DNA of 64,000 nucleotides. Origin: Leucoraja erinacea (lineage: Eukaryota). This document shows positions 36,690 through 50,352 of this stretch, piece by piece. The stretch spans positions 24,490,001 through 24,554,000 of the forward strand of contig NC_073391.1 of the NCBI RefSeq assembly GCF_028641065.1. Reading direction: 5' to 3'. The notes under the pieces are model-generated. The model searched no databases, was not told the origin of the DNA, and saw nothing but the letters and a program-made list of their open reading frames with translations. The position numbers and the translations under genes were made by a program. Numbering within the stretch: position 1 is the stretch's first letter; every line of letters begins with the position of its first letter.

Positions 36690-38875
36690 TGTGTTATCAC
36701 ACTTTCGTATCCACTCCCTACACACTAGGGGCAATTTACAGAGGCCAACAAACCTACAAACCCACACATTTTTGGGATGTGGGAGGAAACCCACACTGTC
36801 AGTGAGAATGTGTAAACTGCATGCACAGACAGCAGCCGAGGTCAGGATTGAACTCGGGTCTCTGATTCAGATTCAGATTCAGATTCAACTTTAATTGTCA
36901 TTGTCAGTGTACATTACAGAGACAACGAAATGCAGTTAGCATCTCCCTGGAAGAGCGACATAGAATGTGATTTCAATAAATAAATCTATTTTCATGCATA
37001 CAGTCATAGTGTTTTTCCTGTGGGAGGAGTGTCTGGGGGGAGGGTGATTGGCAGTCACCAAGGTACATTGTTGAGTAGTCTGACAGCCACAGGGAAGAAG
37101 CCGTTCCTGGACCTGCTGGTCCGGCAACGAAGAGACCTGTAGCGCCTCCCGGGTGGTAGGAGGGTAAACACTCCATGGCTGGGGTGAGAGCAGTCCTTGG
37201 CGATGCTGAGCGCCCTTCGAGGACAACGCTTGCTTTGGACAGACTCAATGGAGGGGAGCGAGGAACCGGTGATGCATTGGGCAATTTTCACCACCCTCTG
37301 CAGTGATTTCCAGTCGGAGACAGAGCAGTTGCCATACCATACTGTGATACAGTTGGTAAGGATGCTCTTGATGGTGCAGCGGTAGAAGTTCACCAGAATC
37401 TGAGGAGACAGATGGACCTTCTTCAGTCTCCTCAGGGAGAAGAGACGCTGGTGAGCCTTCTTGACCAGAGTTGAGGTATTGTGGGTCCAAGAGAGGTCAT
37501 CGGAGATGTTGACCCCCAGGAACCTGAAGCTGGAAAAACGTTCCACCTCCGTCCCGTTGATGTGGATGGGGGTGTGCGTGCCGCCCCTAGACTTCCTGAA
37601 GTCTACAATGAGCTCCTTGGTCTTCTTGGAGTTAAGGGCCAGGTTGTTGTCAGCGCACCATGCTGCTAGGAGCTGGACCTCCTCCCAATAGACCGTCTCA
37701 TCGTTGTTGCTGATGAGGCCAATCACCGTTGTATCATCTGCATACTTGATGATGGTGTTAGTACCATGTACAGGTGTGCAGTCATATGTGAAGAGGAAGT
37801 AGAGGAGGGGACTCAGCACACAGCCCTGTGGAACGCCGGTGTTCAGGGTGAGGGTTGAAGAGCTGTGCTTGTCTAAACTAACAGACTGGAGTCTGTTGGT
37901 TAGAAAGTCCAGTATCCAGTTGCAGAGGGAGGGGTCGATGTCCAGGTTACTGAGTTTGGTGATCAGTTTAGGAGGGTATAATGGTGTTGAATGCTGAGCT
38001 GTAGTCGATGAACAGCATTCTTACGTAAGTGTCTCTGTTGTCGAGGTGGGAGAGGGCGGAGTGAAGTGTCGTTGAGATGGCATCCTCCGTACTCCTGTTC
38101 TTGCGGTAGGCAAACTGATAGGGATCCAGTGTGGGGGGTAGGCAGCTTTTGAGGTGTGCCAGGACCAGCCTCTCGAAGCACTGGGTGATGATGGGAGTAA
38201 GTGCAACTGGGCGGAAGTTGTTGAGGCTTGCCGCAGTGGAGTGTTTTGGCAGCGGCATGATGGAGGTGGTTTTAAGGCACGTGGGGACAACTGCTTGGGC
38301 AAGTGACAGGTTGAAGATGTCAGTCCAGACGTCTGTCAGCTGCGCAGCACAGGCCCTGAGGACGCGCCCGGGGATGCCGTCAGGGCCAGCAGCCTTACGT
38401 GCATTAGTCCTACTCAGTGCCACATACACGTCATAGGGGGTGAGTGTGAGGGGTTGGTGATCAGCAGGGAGCACAGCCTTGATGGCTGTCTCTAGATTGT
38501 CCCTCTTGAAGCGGCCATAGAAGTGATTAAGCTCCTCAAGGAAGGAGGCGTCGCTGGATGTGGGGGTGATGTTGGAGGGTCTGTAGTCCGTGATGGCCTG
38601 GATGCCTTGCCACATGCGTCGGGGGTTGGAGTTGTTGTTGAAGTGCTCCTCAATCCTGACCTTTTGGCAGTGCTTGGCCTTCCTGATGCCCCTCTTCAGG
38701 TTAGCCCTGGATGAACTGTAGGCTCGAGCATCACCTGAGCTGAAAGCGGTGTCCCGTGCTTTCAGCAGTAGCCTGACCTCGCTGTTCATCCATGGCTTCT
38801 GATTCGGGAATATGGTCACCCGTTTGAGGGAGGTGACACTCTGAGGCAGCGGCTTTACTAGCTACGCCATTGTAG
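36690..38875 (-). mobile_element. V-SINE split by a Rex1/Babar LINE (SINE parts 36690-36862 and 38841-38875)
   Basis: gaactcgggtctctg on the left continues as ctgaggcagcggc...acgccattgt on the right. Confidence 0.7.
36864..38840 (-). mobile_element. Rex1/Babar LINE, 5'-truncated
   Basis: [47 protein letters not shown]...[11 protein letters not shown], and a (CTGAAT)n tail. Confidence 0.93.
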
Positions 38876-39196
38876 GTGCCCCAGAGCATTGCTGAGTCCT
38901 CACCTGAATAGTGTGCATAGTTTTAGCCCCTTTACCCAGGAAAGGGACTGATTGGACGGTTAATTGATTGATTAAAAGACACATCATGGACCTAATAGCA
39001 TTCAATCCATAGAGTCATACTGTATAGCAACATGCCCATTGGCCGACTCATCCATGCCGACAAAGATGCCCCATTTAAGCTAGTCCCACTTGCCCATATT
39101 TGGTCTATATCCCTCTCAACCTTCTTATTTATGTACATGTCCAAGAGTCATTTGAATGTTGTTATAGTACCTGCTTCTGCTAGAGGACACGCTTAT

Positions 39197-39503
39197 GGCA
39201 GGAAACATGTTCCCGATGTTGGGGGAGTCCAGAACCAGGGGCCACAGTTTAAGAATAAGGAGTAAGCCATTTAGAACAGAGACGAGGAAACACTTTTTGT
39301 CGTGAGTTGTGAGTCTGTGGAATTCTCTGCCTCAGAGGGCGGTGGAGGCAGGTTTTCTGGATGCTTTCAAGAGAGAGCTAGATAGGCCTCTTAAAAATAG
39401 CGGAGTCAGGGGATATGGGGAGAAGGCAGGAACGGGGTACACATTGAATGGCGGTGCTGGCTCGAAGGGCCGAATGGGCTACTCCTGCACCTATTGTCTA
39501 TTG
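39197..39503 (+). mobile_element. HER1/CR1 3' end
   Basis: Same family as 6657-7020. Confidence 0.88.
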
Positions 39504-40270
39504 CTGCCTCATCTGCCTCCTCTGGCAGCTCCCACCACCCTACTAGTGAAAACATTGCCCTTCAAGTTCCTGTTAAATCTTTCATCTCAAACCTGTGTCA
39601 TCTGGTTCTTGATTCCCACTGTGCATTCGCCATAACAATTTCCCTCATGCATTTATACTCTATAAGATTAACCCTCAGCCTCCTGCGCTCCAGGGAATAA
39701 AGTCCTATCCTGTCCAATCTGTCCCCATAGCTCTGGCCCTGGAGTCAGGGCAAGATCTTCATTAACAAATTGGAGGCTGTCCAAGGGTGATTTACTGGGA
39801 CATGAGGATTGTCTTTTTGAGAGAGACTGGACAGTTTGGGTCTGTGTACCTTGGAGTTTGGAAGAATGAGAGGTGACCTTATTCAAGTGTACAAGATCTT
39901 GTGGTGAACACAAGGAATTGTGATATTGTGGGAATTCCCTGGGTGCTCTGTTTTCCTTCCATATCCCAAATGAAGCGAGTGTAGCTTCACTGGCTAGTGT
40001 AGATCATTATTGGTGTAAGTCTTTGATTTCCAGGTTGCTCCCAGGGCTCATTGGTAGATGGACATCAAGGGCTATTGGAAGATTATCAACTCAGTGAAAG
40101 ATGCTCCTACGTTCAAATCTAATTATGTGAGTTTAATAAAGTTTAAGGCATTGATTCAAATGTACAAATGGAAAGAAAGCCTTTAATATTTTGAGGAACC
40201 TTCATCTCTTTGTAATGCACAAACTCGTTGCACCGTATGATGTTGGATGTGTCATACCTTAAGCTGTCAA

Positions 40271-40563
40271 TTTTAGTTTAGTTTAGAAAACAGTTCAGAA
40301 TGGAAACAGGGCCTTCGGCCCACCAAGTCCATGCCAACCAGCAATCCCCATACATTAACACTATCTTACACACACTAAGTACAATTTACACTTTAACCTA
40401 CAAACCTGTACGTCTTTGGAGTGTGAGAGGAAACCGGAGCTCCCGGAGAAAACGCATGCACGTCACGAGGACAACGTACAAACTCCATACAGACAGCACT
40501 CATAGTTGGGATCAAACCCAGGTCTCTTGCACTATAAGGCAGCAACTCTACCACTGTGCCACC
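40271..40563 (-). mobile_element. V-SINE (HE1-like)
   Basis: Reverse complement of the SINE consensus. Confidence 0.85.
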
Positions 40564-40586
40564 ATTCCAGTACAGTTCCGTACAAT

Positions 40587-41212
40587 TCAGCAAAAGGATT
40601 TGAGTATAAGAGCAGGGAGGTTCTACTGCAGTTGTTCAGGGTCTTGGTGAGACCACACCTGGAGTATTGCGTACAGTTTTGGTCTCCAAATCTGAGGAAG
40701 GAAATTATTGCCATAGAGGGAGTGCAGAGAAGGTTCACCAGACTGATTCCTGTGATGTCAGGACTTTCATATGAAGAAAGACTGGATAGACTCGGCTTGT
40801 ACTCGCTAGAATTTAGAAGATTGAGGGGGGATCTTATAGAAACTTACAAAATTCTTAAGGGGTTGGACAGGCTAGATGCAGGAAGATTATTCCCGATGTT
40901 GGGGAAGTCCAGAACAAGGGGTCACAGTTTAAGGATAATGGGGAAATCTTTTATGACCGAGGTGAGAAAAACATTTTTTTCACACAGAGTGGTGAATCTC
41001 TGGAATTCTCTGCCACAGAAGGTAGTTGAGGCCAGTTCACTGGCTATATTTAAGAGGGAGTTAGATGTGGCCCTTGTGGCTAAAGGGATCAGGGGGTATG
41101 GAGAGAAGGCAGGTATAGGATACTGAGTTGGATGATCAGCCATGACCATATTGAATGGCGGTGCAGGCTCAAAGGGCCGAATGGCCTACTCCTGCACCTA
41201 TTTTCTACGTTT
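40587..41212 (+). mobile_element. CR1/HER1 3' end
   Basis: [14 protein letters not shown]...LVRPHLEYCVQFWSP...RLRGDLIE. Near-identical inverted relative of 34565-35190. Confidence 0.93.
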
Positions 41213-44200
41213 CAGTGTCTAACTTGGCAGTGATTGCAAACCAATTGGGGACCTCTGGCTGAAAATAAATTAGGGGCCACCTGCATTGAAATAACTTTCA
41301 CATTACACTCAGATGTATAGAATTAGCGTATTTGACAAACGTATGCTTTCTTCAACAGTGGGTGATACCTCTATGTAAATTATCAGCTTACAGAGTTAAC
41401 CTCCAAACCCCTTTGAATAATATGTAATTCCTAAAATGTTGTGTTTCCTAATCATTTTCTGTGTGAATTAGATCACACCAAATGAAGATTAATCAAAATG
41501 ATAACAGTCCTGAAACAATTGTTGCAAAGATCATGAACTCGAAATACCCGCATTTAATTTAGTGATAGTGATCCTTCACTATCTTCAAACAATATGGTGG
41601 TTAATCAATAAATATAAAAACAGTAAATTGCACATGTGGGCTATTGACAATTCTAATAGTTAATAGTAGGTATCCTGGGTCTTAACCTGGAGTTAGTTGG
41701 TCAGTGGATATACTCACACCCCCAGTCTGTTATGAAAGGTATTTCTGCTCTTTTTAGCACCGCAATAATGTTTGTTTCCCTCACAAACCATTGGTTTAGC
41801 CTTCGCAATGCTTTCCCACTTGTATTTCGCAGATGGATGTTTACTCTGAAGGACATTATTTGATTTCCTAGATATAGTGGAAACAGTTGGATTCATCTCA
41901 ACATGCTATTCAATCCTCACGTAATAGACTTCCATTCAGTACAGATTTTTTTTAAATTATTTTGGGTGATGTTAGATGCATAATGGTGGAAATAATTATG
42001 GTATATTGTTTTGCTGCATTTTATTCACATTCACAACCTATCATCAAAATCTTACAAATGGTCATTAAAGATGTTATGCTGTGCTTTATTATCCCAGCAA
42101 TATAACTTAAGTTGCTTTGCGTGTGACAGCTGATATAACTATGTTTAATGCAAATTCGCTATTTTGTAAAGGTTACATATTATGCTGCCTATAGATCCGT
42201 AGCTCTGAAGATTATCGTTGGAGGTTGTAACCAAAGTCCTATTCCCGATGAAAATTGCTTGCTTTAGCTGCATGCCTGCCCATCAGCCGATGTCATGTTG
42301 TGTCATTTTGGTAATTTAATGCTAAATGGCTGCCTTTGAATAATGGAAAACAAAAGATTATAAATGTAATTTTTCTTGTGGGAGAATGGTGCACTTTATC
42401 CTCACCCACAAAGACTTCAATTTAAAACTTACTATTTGAATCAAAATAGAATATTCTGATACAGCCTCCTTTGTCGGCTGAGGTATAATTATCATACAAT
42501 ATTCTAAAACACAGCAAGTGAGAAAATGTGAAGCAAAAATGTAATACTGCAAGAGATGTTTAGAAATTCATAAAATAATGGGATTGCGATTGACACAAAA
42601 TGTAATCTTGCATCTTATCGTTAGATATTGCTGCAATTTATCTACTCAAATTATTTTTGAATTGGTTTACAGCATTATGGATTTGAAATGGAACATTTCC
42701 AGATAGAATACACAATAAATGTCCAGAATTTCAATTACAGCTTGTTCATGGCTTTTTCATGGATCACCTCATATTACCTAGAATTCACGTCCAGGTACTG
42801 CCTGCTGTGAGTCACATTACTGTCTCTAGTGCCATTTCCCAATCAAGCATTTCTTCTGGAATGCAGCCCCCAGACCCACTTGGTTTTGAGTTGGAAGTGT
42901 AGAAAGACTGAATGTGTGTGGTAAAGAGAAGACTGTTGGGACCTGGAATCTGGTAACCTTCGATGTTACAGTGAAGATTAGACGTGTCATTAATGTAAGT
43001 GGGAAGTAACTGGACCAGTGGAGAAAGGATAGGGTCAAATTATGAAGAAATAAGTTTGGCGGGGCTAGAAACGGACTGAATTAATGAGCTGTTTGTGGAT
43101 CTCGGGGTGCGGAGGAATTATCTCCTGAGGAAATTAGGTGACTCTCCATGTGTGACCCAGTGGCTCAATATTCAGTGGAGGGCTAGACTGACTGTTGGAA
43201 TGAACAGAATGAACGGTGATGGTCTCAGGTTAAGATGGCAAGGATTGAGGATGAAGATGTAGAAACATTTCTTCACTCTGAGTGTGGGTAAATCCGTGGA
43301 TTTAGGAGGGCTGTGAAGACCAAGTTTCGGAATTGTATTTAAGGAGATGAATTACTAGATGCAAAAGGCATCAAAGCGTATGAGCCTGAAGCAGGAAGAT
43401 GGTCCTGTGATAGATGGGCAGCCATGATCGTACTAAATAGTGGAGCAGATTCTTCGGTCCAAAGATGTACAACTGCCCCTGTTTCTGTCTCTTGCTTCTG
43501 AATGGTCTTCCTTGCTGGCAAGTTCTTGACCTCACAGTCGCTGGCCGTTTAACGGGTTAATTCTTCTGATGCTGCTACTGATCTTCACACAATAAATGCA
43601 CATTAGAAATTTGAAATTACTTTTTATTAATGTAGAATGTGGGAACACATCAAATGTAATGGAAGCCTATGAATTCTAGGTAAAATTGTTTGTGTCATGT
43701 GAAATATGGGATATTTAGTTTTGCACAGCAAAATAACATCCAAGTTGAACATTGCCTTTTATAAATCAAATAAGAGATGGTCGATTCATTTCAGAGAGGT
43801 TTTATTTCTTTTGAAACCATTATACACTGACCTTGAAGAATGCCAGGACGAAAATAAAAGCAGATTTACTTTACAAGGGTCTTTGCATGCAAAGTGTAGA
43901 ACTGTACCAACCTATAAAAAGCAATGGCCCTGAAATTTATCAGACGTTATGTGGCTTCTGTGCTCTTCTTGAGTAGAAACAGCAGCAATGTTACACAGAT
44001 GCAGCAGCAGAATGCCCAAGGAATTTCAGTCTCTGTGTTGTTTAAATCCTGTGAAAGGTATTCCCTTTATGACTGTGGTTGCCTTGACTGTGGTAATTAT
44101 TCAATTTTGATCCAGTTAATCTATCCCCAATAATTTCACAAATGTGTGTGAGGTAAGTAAATGCGAGAAAAATGATACCATATTAATATTACAAATCGCC

Positions 44201-44788
44201 CACAGATTTATACTGAGAATGGTAAAGATAAACACTAGGATTAATTTGAAATTTGAATTATTTGGATTTTGAAACTCCTTTATAGCAATCATATTGAAAC
44301 TCCCAAAAGCTGCGTTTTCTGCATATTATCTATTTCTCCACTTTGTCTTTTCTTTACCTTAAACATCCTGATAAAAGACATTTGGATAGGGACAATAGGA
44401 AAGGTTTAGAGGGATATCCAGTGGCAAGTGGGACAAGGAAGCATAGACGGGGCATTTTGATCGGCATGGGCAAGTTGGGCCGAAGGGCCTGTTTCTGTGC
44501 TCTATGATGTTTCAGCAGTAATCTCTCAGAAGGCCAGATTATGGCAATCAGGAAGCAGTTTTTTCTGAACATTAATATTAAGCATAATGTTAAGAATAAT
44601 GTCATNNNNNNNNNNNNNNNNNNNNNNNNNNNNNNNNNNNNNNNNNNNNNNNNNNNNNNNNNNNNNNNNNNNNNNNNNNNNNNNNNNNNNNNNNNNNNNN
44701 NNNNNNNNNNNNNNNNNNNNNNNNNNNNNNNNNNNNNNNNNNNNNNNNNNNNNNNNNNNNNNNNNNNNNNNNNNNNNTCTATATATCA

Positions 44789-45175
44789 GATAGACACAAA
44801 AAGCTGGAGTAACTCAGCGGGACAGGCAGCATTTCTGGAGAGAAGGAATGGGTGGCATTTCAGGTCGAGACCCTTCTTCAGACTGAACGTCATGGGAAAG
44901 GGAAACGAGAGATATAGACGATGATGTAGAGAGTTAAAGAATAATGAATAAAAGATATGCGACAAAGTAACTATGTTAAAGCAAACAGGTCATTGTTAGG
45001 TGTTTGTTGGTTGACAATGGCCTGTTTCATTTATCATCTTTACTTTTTTGCTTATCTTACTCGAACCGAAACATCACCCATTCCTTCTCTCCAGAAATGC
45101 TGCCTGTCCTGCTGAGTTACTCCAGCTTTTTGTGCCTATCTTCAGTTTAAATCAGCATCTGCAATTCCTCCTACA
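44789..45175. mobile_element. Fold-back Penelope-derived element
   Basis: ~80-bp arms at 44789-44869 and 45060-45140 are reverse complements. The left arm continues into a hammerhead-like core on the minus strand. Confidence 0.8.
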
Positions 45176-45429
45176 CATACATATCAGATATATATCTATA
45201 GTCAATAGATATGAATATATATACACACACACATATATATATATATATATATCTTGCAAAATTAAAAAGGGGTGCTTTCTAATGAACATTTTAACAGTAC
45301 ACACATTTACTCCACCTAATAATGGCCTGTTTCTAAACACTGATCAAGATTCAACCCCTCACAGTGAATATTGCAACATGAGATGCAATTTATAAACGGG
45401 GGAAATTTAGCACTTGGATGCAAAAGATG

Positions 45430-45977
45430 AATTTTGGTCGCCCAATTATAGGAAGGATGTCAACAAAATAGAGAGAGTACAGAGGAGATTTACTAGAATG
45501 TTGCCTGGGTTTCAACAACTAAGTTACAGAGATAGGTTGAATAAGTTAGGTTTTTATTCTCTGGAGCGCAGAAGGTTTAGGTGGGACTTGATAGAGGTCT
45601 TTAAAATGATGAGAGGGATAGACAGAGTTGATGTGGACAAGCTTTTCCCTTTGAGAATAGGGAAGATTCAAACAAGAGGACATGACTTCAGAATTAGGGA
45701 CAGAAGTTTAGGGGTAATATGAGGGGGAACTTCTTTACTCAGAGAGTGGTAGCGGTGTGGAATGAGCTTCCAGTGGAAGTGGTGTAGGCAGGTTCGTTGG
45801 TATCATTTAAAAATAAATTGGATAGGCATATGGATGAGAAGGGAATGGAGGGTTATGGTATGAGTGCAGGCAGGTGGGACTAAGGGAAAAAAAAGTTGTT
45901 CGGCACGGACTTGTAGGGCCGAGATGGCCTGTTTCCATGCTGTAATTGTTATATGGTTATATGTTATATGGTTATAT
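45430..45977 (+). mobile_element. CR1 3' end (same subfamily as 20096-21332)
   Basis: FWSPNYRKDVNKIERVQRRFTRMLPG and a (ttatatgg)n tail. Confidence 0.93.
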
Positions 45978-47020
45978 GAAGAATCAGCATTCGTCTCCTT
46001 AGCCGCCAATGCACCTCGGTCTAGTGACATTCTCTGATGCCTTCATGTGCACAAAATATCTACTGGAAAGAGTGCATCTTTGCCAATGCAAGAGGGATCC
46101 AGCAGTAATTAAATTATCATGGAGGTAACTCCCAAAAGTCCAGAAATAATTTCAGATGCAACTAATTAGGATGTTATGAATGTCCTTGATAGAGTGGACG
46201 TGGAAAAGGATGTTGCCAGCAATCGGTGAGTGTAGAACCAGAGGGCACAGCTTCAGAGTAAAAGGATGATGGAGAAATGGAGATGAAGAGACCTTTCTTT
46301 AGCCAGACGGCGGTGAATCTGCGGAATTCATTGCAACAGACGGCTGAGGAGGCCAAAATTGTGTGTATTTTCAAGGCAGGGATTGATAGATTCTTGATCT
46401 AGATGGGCATCAAAGGTTATGGGGGAAGGGGAAGAAGGCAGGAGAATGGGGTTGAGAGGTGTGATAAACTGTGATTGAATGGTGGATTAAACTTGATGGG
46501 CTGAATGGCCTAATTTTTCTTCCATGTCTTGTGGTCCTTGAACATTCTAGCAGTGTTTTTATGCGAGGGGTAGAGACTGCTATAAAAAGGAGACTAAATA
46601 ATGTGGAGAATTGGGATTTGCCTTCTGCACATTGGCACAGTTGTACATTTTTATTTTGATCTCCCCAAATCATTTAACTGGTTGAATCGGTTTGGAATGA
46701 TCTTCACCATTGGAGTATATTTTGAACTATTGGTTAGTCAACCAGTTTGTCGAGATGATTCCTGAAAAAACAAGTAGAATCACAAAAAACACTTTCACTG
46801 CCACTGTCTTTCCTCTCTCACAACCAATGACTTCATATTCCACATTTAGTAAGCCTGCAACACCAAGTCACCCTCATCTGTACATAGATGGACTAAACTC
46901 TTCCATATTGTAAAAATGCACTGCTTGAAACAAGTCATTAGAATTATGGGTGGCCTAGCAGCAATGTACAGAAAAATGCTTTTATGATTATTAAGAAACC
47001 CAAGATGAGTCTTCAGTGAG

Positions 47021-47276
47021 CTAGCTATCTGTATGCAGTTTCCAAGTCTGTTTGTAACTGATCTAAAGTGATGTATTAAATGTGGATGCAAGCAATATCT
47101 CTGGTCTCCAAGCAACCATCTGGATAGATTACCAGCAGTCAGACAATAGCATAGGGTCACCTTCAGGGGTAACAAGCTTCCAAAAGTGAGGACCAGAGAT
47201 ATTGCTTGCATCTACATTTAATACTTCACTTTAGATCAGCTACAAACAAACTTTGAAACTGCATACAGATAGCTAG
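47021..47276. repeat. Isolated inverted repeat, 86-bp arms with 84-bp spacer
   Basis: 47021-47106 versus the reverse complement of 47191-47276: 5 mismatches and no indels by manual alignment. Confidence 0.92.
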
Positions 47277-48019
47277 GAACTTCAACCTCTCAAACATTTC
47301 TACTTCGGCACAATTCCTTTGAACTTACACTCAACCGAGTAAAAATACAAAGCTCTCTTCAGTGATGTATCGCAAAGGCAGTATCTTCAACAGTGCAGCT
47401 ATTGCACAATACTGCATTGATGTATTACCCTAGCTTCACTTTGCATCCAAAGCATTTACCATTCCCTTTTTTGTACTGTTATTGTTCCTACCTTAAAAAC
47501 ACTAGTTGCTAAACTCTGGAATTTTCTCTCCAATCATAACATCACAATCTCATTCTATGATGCCGTCTTTAGAACATGCCTTTTGTCACAAAGCCCATCA
47601 TTGATATGAATGGCAGTTTAGTCTGACCATACTTTTGAAGTGTCTTGCGAATTTGTTATTGTAATTGCTGTTGATTCAACCCATGACCAGGAATGCTAGA
47701 AACTGCTTGTGGTAAACTACCACTAACAAATGATATTATTGCATCTAAAGTTTATCTGCACAAAGAAATCATTAACACAATTTGAAAGAGGTTCAAAGAG
47801 AGATCAGAATCAAATCTTGAAACATTTTTGGAATTTGTTACAGTATTTGTCAATGTGTCACTCTTCTTTCTCTTCATACTCATTCAATACGAGCTGCTAT
47901 AACTATTGATAAAGTATTCATAACAGATATTTGATATTGTTATACTCAAACTCTATAAATCTGAAATCGTACATTTTTGCCAAAAGAGGCAATAGGAAGA
48001 TTGATTATTATTGCCATAA

Positions 48020-49200
48020 ACAGGTCTAATGAGGACACTATCTCTCTTCTACCATATTCAGCTCTGGATCACCTTGACAATAATAACACCTATGTCAAGA
48101 TGCCAGTCATTGACTACAGCTCAACATCATAATTCTGAATAAGGTCATCACTAAATCTCTGACCTTGGCCCTGGGGCCACCATCTTCAACTGGCTTCTGG
48201 ATTTCTCGGATAGCAGGCCACAGTTCATTGGAATCAATCATAATATTTTCTCCAACATAGAACATCTGACCCTCAACATCGGTGCCCCTCAGGAATGTGT
48301 GCTTAGTCCCTTGCTCTACTCTCTGGATATTAATGACAGGATGACAAAATACAACGTCAAGCAGATTTAAGTTCAACAATCATCAACAGCAGTGATGAGG
48401 CTATAGGAAAGAGATTGCAAACCTTGTGTCATTTTGTAAGAGAAACACACCCTTTAATATCAGCAAGTTGAAAGATTTAATTGTTGACTTAACGAAGTGA
48501 GGGGTGAACACAATCCTCTTCTCATAAATGAAGATGCTTCCAGATGATCAAGCTCTTTTGCTTCCATAACATGAGAAACCTAATCTAGTCCCTTCACACT
48601 GATCAAGAAAGCACACCAACATATTTACTTTCTAGATGTCAGAGAAGATACAACATGTCTACCAGGATTCTCTCGAACCTCTACAGAAGTTTAATAGTCA
48701 TAGAATCATACAGTGCGGAAACAAGCCCTTCTGACCAACTTGCCCACATGAACCAACGTGTCCCATTTACACTAGTCCCAACTTACCTGTGTTTGGCCCA
48801 TATCCCTTTAAGCCTGTCTTATCCATGTACCTGTCCAATTGCTTCTTAAATGTTGCAGTAGCCCCGGCCTCAACTACCTCCTGCAGCAACTCGTTCCATA
48901 CATCAACAACATTTATAGATAATATTCTGATGAGATGCCTCTCAGCCTGGTATGCAACCACAATGCTCTTGATCACCTGAAACTGCAGGGAATGGTGAGC
49001 ACAACCCAGTCAATCACAGTCTTATCACTTCCTTCTTCAAGAATGCTGGAAATATCGTCAAAGATGCCTGGCACCCGGGCCACTCCCTTTTCTCTCATTT
49101 ACACTCTGAGAGAAGATACACGAGCTTGAAAGCCCAGCCGTCCAGATTTAAAATCAGCTTCTTCCCCACTGCTTCATTCTCATGAAACAACCACTTATTT
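48020..49200 (+). mobile_element. Old degraded Rex1/Babar LINE with a nested CR1 3' fragment (~48695-48905)
   Basis: Decayed equivalents of the 36864-38840 element: gaggacactatctc, attgactacagctca, ggtgcccctcaggaatgtgtgcttagtccc. Confidence 0.7.
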
Positions 49201-50320
49201 CTGGAGGTGCTGCCACATTACTCTTAACTCTACCTCATTCGGTTATTCTGCAATTACACTTTAATATTTTCCTTGCACTAATTTGGATTGCAATACAATC
49301 TTGTACCATTTCACACTTGCACCAAGTATGAAAATGCATACCTCGAGATTCAGGGACAATTTCTTCCCAGCTGTCAACAGGCAACTGAACCAGCCTATCA
49401 AAAACTAGAGAGCGGTCCTGAGCTGCCATCTACTTAGTGGAGACCCTCGGGCTATCTTTAATCATACTTTACCTTGCACTACATGTTATTCCTTTTATCC
49501 TGTTTCTAAACATTGTGGATTACTCCATTGTAATCATTGTATAGACTTTCCACTCACTCCCTGGAGTATCTCTTGCTTCTTGGTTTCCTGGTCCTCCAAA
49601 AATATTCCAAATGGAATTTAAACTGGAGGTGGTGGAGGGTCCACCACCAAACTCCAAACTCTGAACAATAACAGCCTATTGCACTTTATCTGTTTATTTC
49701 TTCTGTATATTATATGGTATATGGTATATAGACACACTGAACTTGGATCTCCTCATCTGTATTATGTTTACATATTCTGTTGTGCTGCAGCAAGCAAGAA
49801 TTCCTTTGTTCCTATCTGGGACACATGACAATAAAACTCTCTTGACCCTTGATTTGGACTTAAACAAAAAAGGGTTCTTGGGGAAAAAAAGAGCTACCTT
49901 AAATTTAGTTGTGTCTGATTGCATAACTATGGTAGGGTGAAGACTATTCCATGCTTTAATTGTGTGGGGGAACTCCATGGAGCAGCCAGCATCTCTGGAT
50001 AGAAGAAATTGGGTGATGTTTCGGGTAGAGACCATTTTTTAGACTCCCTCTGGTTTTAGTGTTTTTAGTTTAATTTAAAGATACAGCGTGGAAACAGGCC
50101 CTTCGGCCCAGAGTCCATGCCGACCACCCGTACACTAGTTCTAACCCACACATTAGCGACGTAAGTTAAGAGTCAAGAGTGTTTTAGTCTCCGACATCCC
50201 AGTTAGAACAATGAAATCCTTATTTGCAGCAGCACAACAGAATATGTAAACATAGTACTCTGTAAACAATGTTATAAATGAGAAACCAGTATATTTAGAT
50301 ATGAATATATAACTATATAA

Positions 50321-50352
<32 letters not shown>

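Noticed and set aside
47375-47435. Possible Deu-domain SINE relic
   Set aside because: Similarity is short and heavily degenerate and cannot be supported by eye.
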